This document shows positions 10,651-22,141 of a DNA stretch of 32,000 nt, one piece after another. Origin of the DNA: Nitrosospira multiformis ATCC 25196 (lineage in GTDB: Bacteria; Pseudomonadota; Gammaproteobacteria; Burkholderiales; Nitrosomonadaceae). The stretch is from assembly GCF_000196355.1 (NCBI RefSeq), contig NC_007614.1, positions 900,001 through 932,000 on the forward strand, given 5' to 3'. How positions within the stretch are numbered: position 1 is the stretch's first letter; every line of letters begins with the position of its first letter. The translations under genes were made by a program, and so were the position numbers. Under the pieces are notes generated by a model. The model saw only the letters and a program-made list of their open reading frames with translations. It had not been told where the DNA came from and ran no database searches.

Positions 10651-11808
10651 TCAAACCAGGTAGGTATCAAGCCCTGTCAGCAGCAAATCATATTGCGCTT
10701 CGACCAACTCCTTGATCACCAGCGCCGGCATGCCTCCAACCACATTGCCTTCCAGGGCCAGCCAGCCTATTGCATCTGTCGGTCCCAGACTCACTACATA
10801 ACCTAAATCCCGGTGAAGGTAAGGCTCGAGCAATCGCAAGGCGCCTGAGTGACGCAGGATATTCCGAGCAGTAAGCATTCCTTTTCTTACCGCGGATTGC
10901 GCAGTCATAGTGTTGGAGCCTGGAGCATGGTAAACGCAGCAGTCTCCCGCTGCGAAAATGTTTGGCAACGTCGTGTCTTCAACGACTACCTGTCCAAAAA
11001 TATTGGCAGAAAATGGTGTTTCCAGCTTTTTACCAACGAACAGGAAGGAGATTGAAGAGGGCAGGGTAAACTTACGCCCCGTCAGATTATCACCCAATAG
11101 AACCTGCTCCCCCTGTTGTCCGAGATAACGGGTATCAGGAAAAAACTCGATCCCCAGTTCGGTCATTTTGGACTGGGTATAGGTGGAAAAGCCGACGGGG
11201 AACTGGTTGAGTACCCGGTTCTCGCCATGGACAAGACGCAGATTGCACTCGATCTGATAGCGCTTGAGGAAATGAGCGATTTCAAAAAGAAATTGAATTC
11301 CCGTTGCTCCTCCCCCTATCACTGAAATGGATCGGGCAATGGCGGTGGTTTGGCTCAACCGCCCGTGGAATAAATCGGCGCCCGATATAGCCATGAAGTC
11401 GAGCAGATCAAAGACATTCTCCGGTTTATTCACCTGCATTACAGGAGAGCCCGAGGCGAGCAGCAGATAGTCAAATTCCAGTATTTCGTTATTGACTTCA
11501 AGAAATCTATCGTTCTGCCACTGCCGCAGAACCGATTCACTCGGATTCAGTTCTGCACAAACATGACGGCAGCCAAAACGGCTTTCCAGCGTGGAAAACG
11601 GAATCAGGAAATCGTTCAGTGGATACCGGAAAGTCTCATGGAGATGAGTAATCTTGAGGTGTTCGAATCTGGGATCAATGATGACGACATCAGCTTCGGG
11701 CATGTGGCGCAAGAGGGTAACCAGTGCCGCGATGCCGGCATAGCCTCCGCCGACCACGACAATCTTGAGGTGTTTCAACCTAGGTAGGTAAAATGGCAGA
11801 AAAGGCAC
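10651..11808 (-). CDS. FAD-dependent pyridine-nucleotide-disulfide oxidoreductase, NDH-2-like
   Basis: 385 aa; N-terminal KIVVVGGGYAGIAAL (FAD Rossmann), SISVIGGGATGIQFLFEIA (NADH-binding), LPNIFAAGDCC. Confidence 0.85.
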   Translation of the reverse strand: MPFLPFYLPRLKHLKIVVVGGGYAGIAALVTLLRHMPEADVVIIDPRFEHLKITHLHETFRYPLNDFLIPFSTLESRFGCRHVCAELNPSESVLRQWQNDRFLEVNNEILEFDYLLLASGSPVMQVNKPENVFDLLDFMAISGADLFHGRLSQTTAIARSISVIGGGATGIQFLFEIAHFLKRYQIECNLRLVHGENRVLNQFPVGFSTYTQSKMTELGIEFFPDTRYLGQQGEQVLLGDNLTGRKFTLPSSISFLFVGKKLETPFSANIFGQVVVEDTTLPNIFAAGDCCVYHAPGSNTMTAQSAVRKGMLTARNILRHSGALRLLEPYLHRDLGYVVSLGPTDAIGWLALEGNVVGGMPALVIKELVEAQYDLLLTGLDTYLV

Positions 11809-11951
11809 GTTCTTCCTTGAAAAGCCGACAAAATCTCGTATTTCGTGTGTTTTTTCAGTATAAACTCATTTCTAAACCGGAGTGCTGGCAGCTTGGTGGC
11901 AAGTAGCACGGTCTTCATTTCATCTATTAGCACTCCGGCAGATTGATCAGG

Positions 11952-12863
11952 TTAAAACATGAGTGACATGTTTTTTGGAATTGCCTGCCGATCCCAATTT
12001 TTAATTGCCCATATCCAGAATGACCTCAAGCTGCTCTCGCTTACCTCCGGCGGCGGTGTCTGCCCGAGAAACCGGATGGCCTTCACGAGCTGCAAAACGG
12101 GATACGAAATATCTACCGGCGCTGCCTGCGTCTGTTTACTGAGTTTTTCGCCTCGTGCGTTGACTACTACGGGAAGGTGCATATAGGAGGGAATGGAGTA
12201 GCCCAGCAATTTTTGCAGGTAAATCTGACGGGGAGTCGAGTTCAGTAAATCACCTCCCCGCACCACGTGAGTAATACCCTGTTCAGCGTCATCCACCACG
12301 ACCGCTAGCTGGTAAGCGAAAATCCCATCCGCCCGACATATCACGAAATCGCCTATATCGTGCTGAATCCGCTGTTGCCGCAGGCCTTGTACTTCATCCT
12401 CAAATTCAATCAAGTCATTATTTGTATATAGTCGCCATGCACCGGAAAATGGGGGTTCATGTTTGCGGCCGCGGCAAGTTCCAGGATAGACAGGCCCTTC
12501 TATTCCAAGAACTGAGGAATCGGCAATTTCCTTACGACTGCAACTGCAACGATAAATAAGCTGCTGTTTTTCAAGGATCGACAAAGCTGCATGGTAGACC
12601 TCCTGGCGTTGCTCCTGAAATACCACTGAGCCATCCCATTCCATTCCAAGGAGATGCAGGGTATTCAAAATTTCTTCTGAAGCACCTGGAATTTCACGCG
12701 TCGTATCGAGATTTTCGATTCTGACGAGCCATTCTCCGCCCCGTGATCTTGCCTCCAGATAACTGCCTACAGCAGTGACAAGAGAACCAAAATGCAAGGG
12801 TCCGGTAGGAGAGGGGGCAAACCGGCCGCGATAGACCGGCGAGAGAGGGAAGGCATTTTCCAC
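11952..12863 (-). CDS. gluQ: Glutamyl-Q tRNA(Asp) synthetase
   Basis: 303 aa; GRFAPSPTGPLHFGSLVTAVGSYLEARSRGGEWLVRIENLD; lacks anticodon-binding domain (short); SKQTQA motif. Confidence 0.93.
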   Translation of the reverse strand: MENAFPLSPVYRGRFAPSPTGPLHFGSLVTAVGSYLEARSRGGEWLVRIENLDTTREIPGASEEILNTLHLLGMEWDGSVVFQEQRQEVYHAALSILEKQQLIYRCSCSRKEIADSSVLGIEGPVYPGTCRGRKHEPPFSGAWRLYTNNDLIEFEDEVQGLRQQRIQHDIGDFVICRADGIFAYQLAVVVDDAEQGITHVVRGGDLLNSTPRQIYLQKLLGYSIPSYMHLPVVVNARGEKLSKQTQAAPVDISYPVLQLVKAIRFLGQTPPPEVSESSLRSFWIWAIKNWDRQAIPKNMSLMF

Positions 12864-13452
12864 CCGTTAATCTTGATTAATGGAGTCTCACAATATCCAT
12901 TGAACCCCTCAGATTCTTATTCTCCAACCCCTCTATCCAGAGGGAGTAACATGATGAGTATACTCAAATAATGAAACAATATGGGGTGAGTTACCATGAT
13001 CTTCGCGGATGGAGAGAGAAAATAAGTATGGGAAAGAATAAAATTACTATAACCTTTTTGGCAAGATGGGTTTATACTGCCTAAACTTCTCGACACTCAT
13101 GGATAAGCAATGATTCAGTTTATGCGACCTGATCATGCTGCGGATTTCGAGGAGCAGGATATAAATCCTGGCATGAAGTTTACCCTGTTTGCCTTCTGAC
13201 AAACTGCTTGACTTAAGGGTATGGCGGGGAGTAGTCTTTACGGGCTTATGGGTATGTAAAGTACTGGTAGCGGCAATAAAGGTGGTACCAGGGAAGGATT
13301 TGGGTGTTCTGGTGCGGCTGTTTGGTGCTGCCGGTATTGGGAAGTAAGCGACAATTTGTTCTTGCGCGCCGGGTTTTGTGCAGTAGAGAAGCGGCAGCAA
13401 GCGGATGTTGGAAGTTGGAAGCATGAAGGGCAAGCGCTTCTGCCGGAATTGA

Positions 13453-14349
<897 letters not shown>

Positions 14350-14384
14350 GGACTGACTCGCTGACACACGCATAAGCAGCAATA

Positions 14385-14418
14385 GCCGCATCGCCTCCGA
14401 ACAGGAGAGCGATGCGGC
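14385..14418 (+). promoter_or_regulatory. Hairpin in the amoC-amoA spacer, without T tract (candidate mRNA-stabilising/processing element)
   Basis: GCCGCATCGCctcc-gaaca-ggagaGCGATGCGGC: 14-nt left arm with one bulge on the right. Confidence 0.65.
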
Positions 14419-14654
14419 CAGCGGTAACACAGCCGGGCAGACTCAAGCAATGCGAAGCGGCGGCACCTGGAGCAAAAGGGGAAGGGAGTCGCCGGATCCG
14501 GGAGCAACAAGGAAGCGACAAGGGATTTATACAGTCATGTAGACCCTTGTTGAATCACGAGGTTCCCGGGAATTCGCGGCAACGTCATCAGGGACTGCAA
14601 GGATGGCAAGCAGTAGAGCAGCACGGCAACGATTGATATGTTTTAGTCGCGTAA

Positions 14655-16742
<2,088 letters not shown>

Positions 16743-16857
16743 GGACAAAGCCCGGGGGCAAGCCCTACAGGACTAATCCCGGGTCAATCCTAAAAAGCCG
16801 CCCGGCTCCTGCCTGACCAGGGCAGAAACCGGGCCAAGACTGGAACAGGCAGCATGC

Positions 16858-16908
16858 AAACACCGGTCCGCCACCGTTACAGACGGCAAGGTGGATCGGT
16901 GTTTTTTA
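16858..16908 (+). terminator. Probable rho-independent terminator of amoCAB
   Basis: aaacaccggtccgccacc ... ggtggatcggtgtTTTTTT: long imperfect stem followed by T6. Confidence 0.75.
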
Positions 16909-17120
16909 ACTTCCCTCCTGTTAACTGCCCCCTGTAAGCTCTTCAAGAAGCCTCCCAAAAGACCCCAAACGCAGTTCCTAAAACGGTAATATAGCTGCTC
17001 CAATTTCGATAATTTCGATAATATCGATTGTAGACAGCGGAAAGTGGCCAGAGAAATGCTACAGGAGTGCCTTCTCATCCATAAGACACTTTGATATGGA
17101 CAGCGGCAGGGCAGGTTATC

Positions 17121-18647
17121 CTAAAGAGAGGGTGTCGCTACGTTATCCACTTTCTCTCGCATGGAAAGGGGGTTGAGTGACATATCCGCGAAAGCATCAG
17201 CAATTCGCCGAACACCAGCCCGGATCTGGTATTCGTTGAGGGAAGAAAAACCTAACACGAGCGTACGGGCGCTGTAGCGACAGCCACCGTAATCATAGCC
17301 CGTACCCCCTCCGATCGAGTAGATTCTTACTCCATGACGTAATGCAATTGTCTGGAGCTGAGCTGCAGGTGGATAGTGATCAGGAAGATGCCATGCCAGA
17401 TGCAGGCCACTCTCAAGGCCGCTAAGGCGGATGGCCCCAAAATGTTCCCGCAGTGCTTCCACCAGACAATCACGGCGCTTACCATACATATTTCGCATGC
17501 GTCTCAGATGATTGCCATAAGCGCCGCTGCGGATAAATTCGGCCATAGTTGCTTGATCCAGCCAGGCATGCCCATTATTAAGCAGAGCTTTTGCAGAACG
17601 GGCAGCAGGAATCAATGCTTTGGGTACCACTAGGTAGCCTAGGCGCAGGCCCGCACCCATGGATTTGGAGAAAGTACCCAGATACATGACACAACCATAA
17701 TCATCCAGTCCCATGAGAGCGGTCAGGGGCGATCCGCGATATCGAAAATCTGAATCGTAATCGTCCTCTATGATGAATGCCCCACAACGCCGCGCCCAAT
17801 CCAGGAGCTTCAACCGGCGCTCGATGGGCAAGGTGAAGCCCAGGGGAAATTGATGTGAAGGAGTCACAAATAAAAGAGCAACTCCTTCCTTTGGTAGTTG
17901 TTCAACGTCGAGCCCTGCCTCATCCACAGGCACAGGAATCAATTTTGCATAGTAACTCTCGAAAAGCGAAGTGGCGCCTTGGTAGCAGGGATTTTCCGTT
18001 GCAACCATTGTCCCCTCTTTTACAAGAAGGCGAGCAGCAAGATTCAATCCCTCCTGAGAGCCGGCCGTAATAATTATCTGATCTGATGAAACGCTGATAC
18101 CCCGCGCGACTCCAAGGTGGGCAGCGATGACTTCCCGCAGTTCCGATAGCCCACCGGGATCGCAACACTCCTCGAAGTGCATGTTTGCAGACATGAATGT
18201 CTTATTTACAAAGCGGCGCCATATCTTATGAGGAAACAGGTCGAGACCGATGCGATCCGGACAAAAATCAAAATCGAGATGCTGAACAGTGATGTTGGCG
18301 TGTATATGGCCGATAAATGGGATTACCGGCTGTTTGACAAATTCTTCATCACCAGGAGAGGAGGGGGTCACCCTGCGGGTGGCAGAAAGGCAGGTTTCAG
18401 GAAGCTCAAGGTTTACATACGTTCCAATTGCCTTCCGGGCCTGAAGATAGCCTTCGGCAATCAAACGATCATAAACCAGCAAAACAGTATTACGAGAAAT
18501 ACCCAGTTGTTCGGCAAGTACGCGACTCGCCGGGATGAGTGTACCGGGTTTTAGCTTACCGCCGAGGATAAGGTGGCGTAACTGGTCAAAAATCTGGCCT
18601 TGCAGCGATTGACGACTGTTATGGTCGAGTTCAATGGGAATTGCCAT
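17121..18647 (-). CDS. PLP-dependent aminotransferase-fused GntR-family (MocR/PdxR-type) transcriptional regulator
   Basis: 508 aa; N-terminal wHTH LRHLILGGKLKPGTLIPASRVLAEQLGISRNTVLLVYDRLIAEGYL; aminotransferase domain with FIIEDDYDSDFRY and TFSKSMGAGLRLGY. Confidence 0.92.
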   Translation of the reverse strand: MAIPIELDHNSRQSLQGQIFDQLRHLILGGKLKPGTLIPASRVLAEQLGISRNTVLLVYDRLIAEGYLQARKAIGTYVNLELPETCLSATRRVTPSSPGDEEFVKQPVIPFIGHIHANITVQHLDFDFCPDRIGLDLFPHKIWRRFVNKTFMSANMHFEECCDPGGLSELREVIAAHLGVARGISVSSDQIIITAGSQEGLNLAARLLVKEGTMVATENPCYQGATSLFESYYAKLIPVPVDEAGLDVEQLPKEGVALLFVTPSHQFPLGFTLPIERRLKLLDWARRCGAFIIEDDYDSDFRYRGSPLTALMGLDDYGCVMYLGTFSKSMGAGLRLGYLVVPKALIPAARSAKALLNNGHAWLDQATMAEFIRSGAYGNHLRRMRNMYGKRRDCLVEALREHFGAIRLSGLESGLHLAWHLPDHYPPAAQLQTIALRHGVRIYSIGGGTGYDYGGCRYSARTLVLGFSSLNEYQIRAGVRRIADAFADMSLNPLSMREKVDNVATPSL

Positions 18648-18745
18648 ATGTATTCATGGCGGCAGATACGCGCGCTGGATTTCTGTTCCAGGTAAATTAT
18701 CGATTCTGACATATTTTTATAATTAACGTAAGCCTACATACGATC

Positions 18746-18775
18746 TCAGCCGCTCTCATAAGTGAGAGCGGCTGA
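18746..18775. terminator. Perfect 13-bp stem hairpin downstream of cycB (possible transcription end or divider)
   Basis: TCAGCCGCTCTCA-taag-TGAGAGCGGCTGA; no adjacent T tract on either strand. Confidence 0.5.
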
Positions 18776-18805
18776 TTGAGGGCTATTTACATACGAAGCG
18801 AGTGC

Positions 18806-19408
18806 TTACTCCTCGTCTTCCTCATCCTCGTCGTCGTCATCCTTTTTTTCGGGCTTGAGGACCATCTTGCCCTGCTTGATGCTCTCGTTCAGGTCGGTTT
18901 CTGCAACTTCCTTGTGCACCAGGTTCTGGTGGCAGTCGATGCAGGTGGCGCCTTCCGTCTCCATCTTCTTGTGCGCGGCCTTGGCATCGGCTCCGGGAGG
19001 CTGCGGATTCTTGTGGCAGGCGCGGCAGGTGCGGCTGTCCCACTTCTTGAGATTCATGCGCGCATCGTGCGCCATGATCAGGCGGCGCTCGTTGAATTTC
19101 TCCAGCGTGGAGTAGTCATTGACCATCTCCAGATAAAGCTCGCGCGCTCCGTCCACCACATGGGTCGCCACCGCCAGGTGGAAGTTCTGCAATCCCTGCG
19201 GGATGTGGCAGTCCTTGCAACCGGGGTTGGCGCCCAGGGCGCCATAGTGCGAGGATTCCTTCAACTCCTCGGCCGGATAAGTCATGGAGTGGCAACTGGT
19301 GCAGAATTCGGTGGTGGAGACGGCCGCTTCGCCGCCCAATACCACCGCCACCATCACCACGCCCAAGAGTGTGCCCACCAGGAGGGCACTACCTGTCTTC
19401 ATCGCCAT
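18806..19408 (-). CDS. cycB: Membrane-anchored tetraheme cytochrome c (NapC/NirT family; cytochrome cM552)
   Basis: 200 aa; N-terminal anchor plus four CxxCH motifs (CTSCH, CKDCH, CRACH, CIDCH); acidic C-terminal tail; immediately downstream of cycA. Confidence 0.93.
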   Translation of the reverse strand: MAMKTGSALLVGTLLGVVMVAVVLGGEAAVSTTEFCTSCHSMTYPAEELKESSHYGALGANPGCKDCHIPQGLQNFHLAVATHVVDGARELYLEMVNDYSTLEKFNERRLIMAHDARMNLKKWDSRTCRACHKNPQPPGADAKAAHKKMETEGATCIDCHQNLVHKEVAETDLNESIKQGKMVLKPEKKDDDDEDEEDEE

Positions 19409-19409
19409 G

Positions 19410-20117
19410 TCAGTCGTCCGAACCTTTCTCGCCTACCTTGGCGCTGGACTGGAATTCATCGTGGTACTTGAACTTCGGATCCCCCGTGAAGACCCCATCG
19501 AGCTTGTAGTGCTCGTGCATGGCCTTGGTGTCCTTGACGTACTTGTCAAAGTCGAAGGTGTATTTCTTGTCCACGTCCGGGGTGAAGGGGGTGTAGGGTT
19601 CCTTGGCACCTTTCCACGGGCTGCCCTTGTAGTTCATGTGGCAGGCATTGCAGCTTTCCTCGAAGCTGAAGTCCTGCCCGGCATCGGCCAGCACCTGGCG
19701 GGAGGTGGTCTTCTTCGATTTCTCGAAAGCGGCGCCGGATTTGCGGTGGATGCCGCGGTACTTGGAGCCGGGTCCATGGCAGGATTCGCAGCCTACCCCG
19801 GTCAGGAACTTGCTCGGGTCGTCAATCGTGTAGCCGCCTTCCTTGCCCCAGCCATCCACATGACAGCCGACGCAGTCCTTGTCCTTGGTGTAGTCCTTGG
19901 CAGGATCGAGCTTGGCCTTCTTCTTGGCTTCGGCCTTGTTGTTGGGCTTCAGCGAGTCCATGGCCTTGGCGTGCGCCGTGCTGCCCCAGGATTCGGCCTG
20001 GCTCTTGTGACAGGAACTGCATTTCTTGCGGCCTTCAAACGATTCGGCAGAGGCGCTGCCGGCCATGACCGCAAACAGGGCTGCTGCGGCCAGGGCGAGT
20101 GTCATGCGATGGTTCAT
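19410..20117 (-). CDS. cycA: Tetraheme cytochrome c-554
   Basis: 235 aa; signal peptide, CSSCH, CVGCH, CESCH, CNACH; HMNYKGSPWKGAKEPYTPF. Confidence 0.95.
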   Translation of the reverse strand: MNHRMTLALAAAALFAVMAGSASAESFEGRKKCSSCHKSQAESWGSTAHAKAMDSLKPNNKAEAKKKAKLDPAKDYTKDKDCVGCHVDGWGKEGGYTIDDPSKFLTGVGCESCHGPGSKYRGIHRKSGAAFEKSKKTTSRQVLADAGQDFSFEESCNACHMNYKGSPWKGAKEPYTPFTPDVDKKYTFDFDKYVKDTKAMHEHYKLDGVFTGDPKFKYHDEFQSSAKVGEKGSDD

Positions 20118-20332
20118 CCTTCCTCCTTTTTTCTTTCGGCAAATATATCCGTTGTTTCCGTTATATCCCTGGATTCGATTCTTGTATTTCTTCCAGCTCC
20201 ATGCGACTGCAACCTGATCCGCATCCTGTTTTTCATTGCTTCCTGCTGCTTGTTCTTGTTCTTGTTCTTTTTTACTGTATTTCCCTGTTATTGTAATGCG
20301 CTTGCAATGATCGCAATGTCAGGACACACTTT

Positions 20333-20407
20333 TTATTGTGTCCATACTGTATCTCTGGTTCATACAGACGGGTAGCACCAGTACCATCACTCTTTCTGGT
20401 ACCACTG
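20333..20407 (+). repeat. Dispersed repeat copy A (direct repeat of 23989-24063)
   Basis: ttattgtgtccatactgtatctctggttcatacagacgggtagcaccagtaccatcactctttctggtaccactg; ungapped hand alignment gives 63/75 matches to copy B. Confidence 0.85.
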
Positions 20408-20424
20408 GTACCGGTGGCACCCCC

Positions 20425-20520
20425 AGCGCAGCACGGGGGACCCGCAAAGCGGGGTCGGGCAGGGGGACCCGGAGCGCGGCGCGAGGGGCCCGCAAAGCGG
20501 GATCGGGCAGCGGGGGGGCG
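20425..20520 (+). repeat. GC-rich imperfect tandem duplication, two ~48-bp units (20425-20472, 20473-20520)
   Basis: agcgcagcacgggggacCCGCAAAGCGGGgTCGGGCAg / agcgcggcgcgaggggcCCGCAAAGCGGGaTCGGGCAg. Confidence 0.8.
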
Positions 20521-20870
20521 CCGGGATCGCGCCTGATACAAAGTGTACGGATGCATGGCTGTATCGTCGCCGAATTCTTTTTTCCCACGCGCGATCCCTT
20601 CCCGCAGCTTATATCCGGTATCGTGTTTCGGCTTGCTACAGCAAAAATCCTTGTTCCCGTGCAGGCCGCTTTGCAGTTCGATCGCCTTGAGAAGTACCGC
20701 GGCCGTGCCGGGTGCAGATGCGCAGAGGATCTGCGACAGGCTCAGCGTCGGTCGGGGACAAGGGCTACAGATGAATGGAAGAAACGCGGGCAACAGACAT
20801 GACCTGTTCCGCATTCTGAATCAGGACTCAACAAGCTGTCAGGCAGAACCTGGCCTGCTTCAGGTAAATA

Positions 20871-20896
20871 AAAACAGCCCGGGCAAAGCCGGGCTG
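20871..20896 (-). terminator. Rho-independent terminator downstream of haoB, upstream of cycA
   Basis: Minus strand reads CAGCCCGGctttgcCCGGGCTGtttttattt: strong stem followed by T tract. Confidence 0.85.
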
Positions 20897-20993
20897 TGTT
20901 GCTACGTTTGATGAGGTGGCCCTACAGATGCGGTTGTCGGCAGAAGTGGGTGGTCATTAACCTGTGCCGTTTGCGTCAACCGCGATAGCGGAT

Positions 20994-22109
20994 TTACTCG
21001 GCGGCCGGAGGCAGGACGGGCGCCGGAAAGGAGGCGGCATCCTCCGGGGTGGCGCCGGCTGAGGCAGGTTCCTTGCCGCCCGGTATCCTGTACACCCAGT
21101 AGCCCCCGGTCTGGTAGATGAGCTGCACCGCGGTCAGGTCAAGCGGCATCGACTGGGTGAAGGGCAGCATCTGCGCAATCAGGGTCTGGTCGCTTTTGTC
21201 ATCCTTGAGGAAGTAGCCGCGCACCAGCCTGTCCGAGAGGGATTGCAGGGTGTAGGTCTTGTAGTTGTTGTCCAGCACCCATCGCTTGAGATAGTCGACC
21301 ATGCCATGCATGTTGCCTTCCATGGGGAAGTTGCGATAGGCAACGTCGAACCGCCCCGGACGCATGACGCCAAGCTTGTACAGGTCGGTGACATGAATGG
21401 CAAGATAGGCTTCGCGATCGCCCGCCAGTTCGCGCAGGATGGCAGCCCCCGCTTGAGGTTCGGCCATCAGGGCATCGGCAAAGCGCTCGAATTTCTGCTC
21501 TTCTTCCCGTCCTGCCTTGCCGCCCCAGAAGTCGTCTTCGTATTTGCGGATGGCGTCAGCCTGCTTCTGCCACGGCGTCGGTATGACGAGGTAATCGGAG
21601 AACTGTCCGCTGAACAGGGTGTCGCGCTTCGAGAGAAGCTTGAGCTGGCGCGAGGTGTCCCACCAGCCAAGCACCAGCGCATCCTTGCCCGCGTACTTGT
21701 CGATGGCGGCAGCCAGAGTGGCCAGTTCGTTGAGTTTGAGATCGGTCGTGAGCAGCAGCTCACTCGTGCGGTTTTCCCAGTCGAGCCTCACCTGCGGGCC
21801 ATTGGCCTGACGTGCCGCATGCAGCACCGCCAGCGGCTGGGGAATGTCTTCGGCAAAGACTTCATACCGGGCAATGGAAAGGTCCGGCCACTTGCCCAGT
21901 CCAAGCTGCGGGAATTTGTCTGCGCTGCCTTCTTCCGCCAGCTGGTAGCGGTAGGGGGCAGGCCCGGGATTGAACCATGCCCAGGCAAACCACAGGAGCA
22001 AAAGAATTCCTCCCGCCACCAGGAGAATGCCCAGTGAGGGGAGGAGTTTAGAGCCAGGCCGCGCCCCCGGGGTGGGGGCAGCGGCGCGGCTGGAAGTTGA
22101 GGCTGTCAA
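20994..22109 (-). CDS. haoB: HaoB (orf2 of the hao cluster), membrane-anchored protein of uncertain function; track start is TTG
   Basis: 371 aa; N-terminal TM LLPSLGILLVAGGILLLLWFAWAWF; located between hao and cycA as in other beta-AOB. Confidence 0.85.
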   Translation of the reverse strand: MTASTSSRAAAPTPGARPGSKLLPSLGILLVAGGILLLLWFAWAWFNPGPAPYRYQLAEEGSADKFPQLGLGKWPDLSIARYEVFAEDIPQPLAVLHAARQANGPQVRLDWENRTSELLLTTDLKLNELATLAAAIDKYAGKDALVLGWWDTSRQLKLLSKRDTLFSGQFSDYLVIPTPWQKQADAIRKYEDDFWGGKAGREEEQKFERFADALMAEPQAGAAILRELAGDREAYLAIHVTDLYKLGVMRPGRFDVAYRNFPMEGNMHGMVDYLKRWVLDNNYKTYTLQSLSDRLVRGYFLKDDKSDQTLIAQMLPFTQSMPLDLTAVQLIYQTGGYWVYRIPGGKEPASAGATPEDAASFPAPVLPPAAE

Positions 22110-22141
22110 ACTTGTTATCTAACCTTCAGTGCTGATAGTGC

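Noticed and set aside
13255-13330. Possible third copy of the dispersed repeat (tactggtagcgg...ggtaccaggg...ttctggtgcgg)
   Set aside because: Only short scattered words match copies A and B, and no consistent alignment could be made by eye.
18776-20375. Two long plus-strand ORFs opposite cycB and cycA
   Set aside because: Antisense shadows of the two tetraheme cytochrome genes. The frames are open because of high GC content.
20272-20814. Overlapping ORFs in the haoB-cycA spacer (e.g. PGPPARPRFAGPP..., GTRKAGSGRGTRSAARGARKAGSG)
   Set aside because: Open in several frames on both strands only because of the GC-rich tandem duplication. No RBS and no domain. Treated as repeat, not protein.
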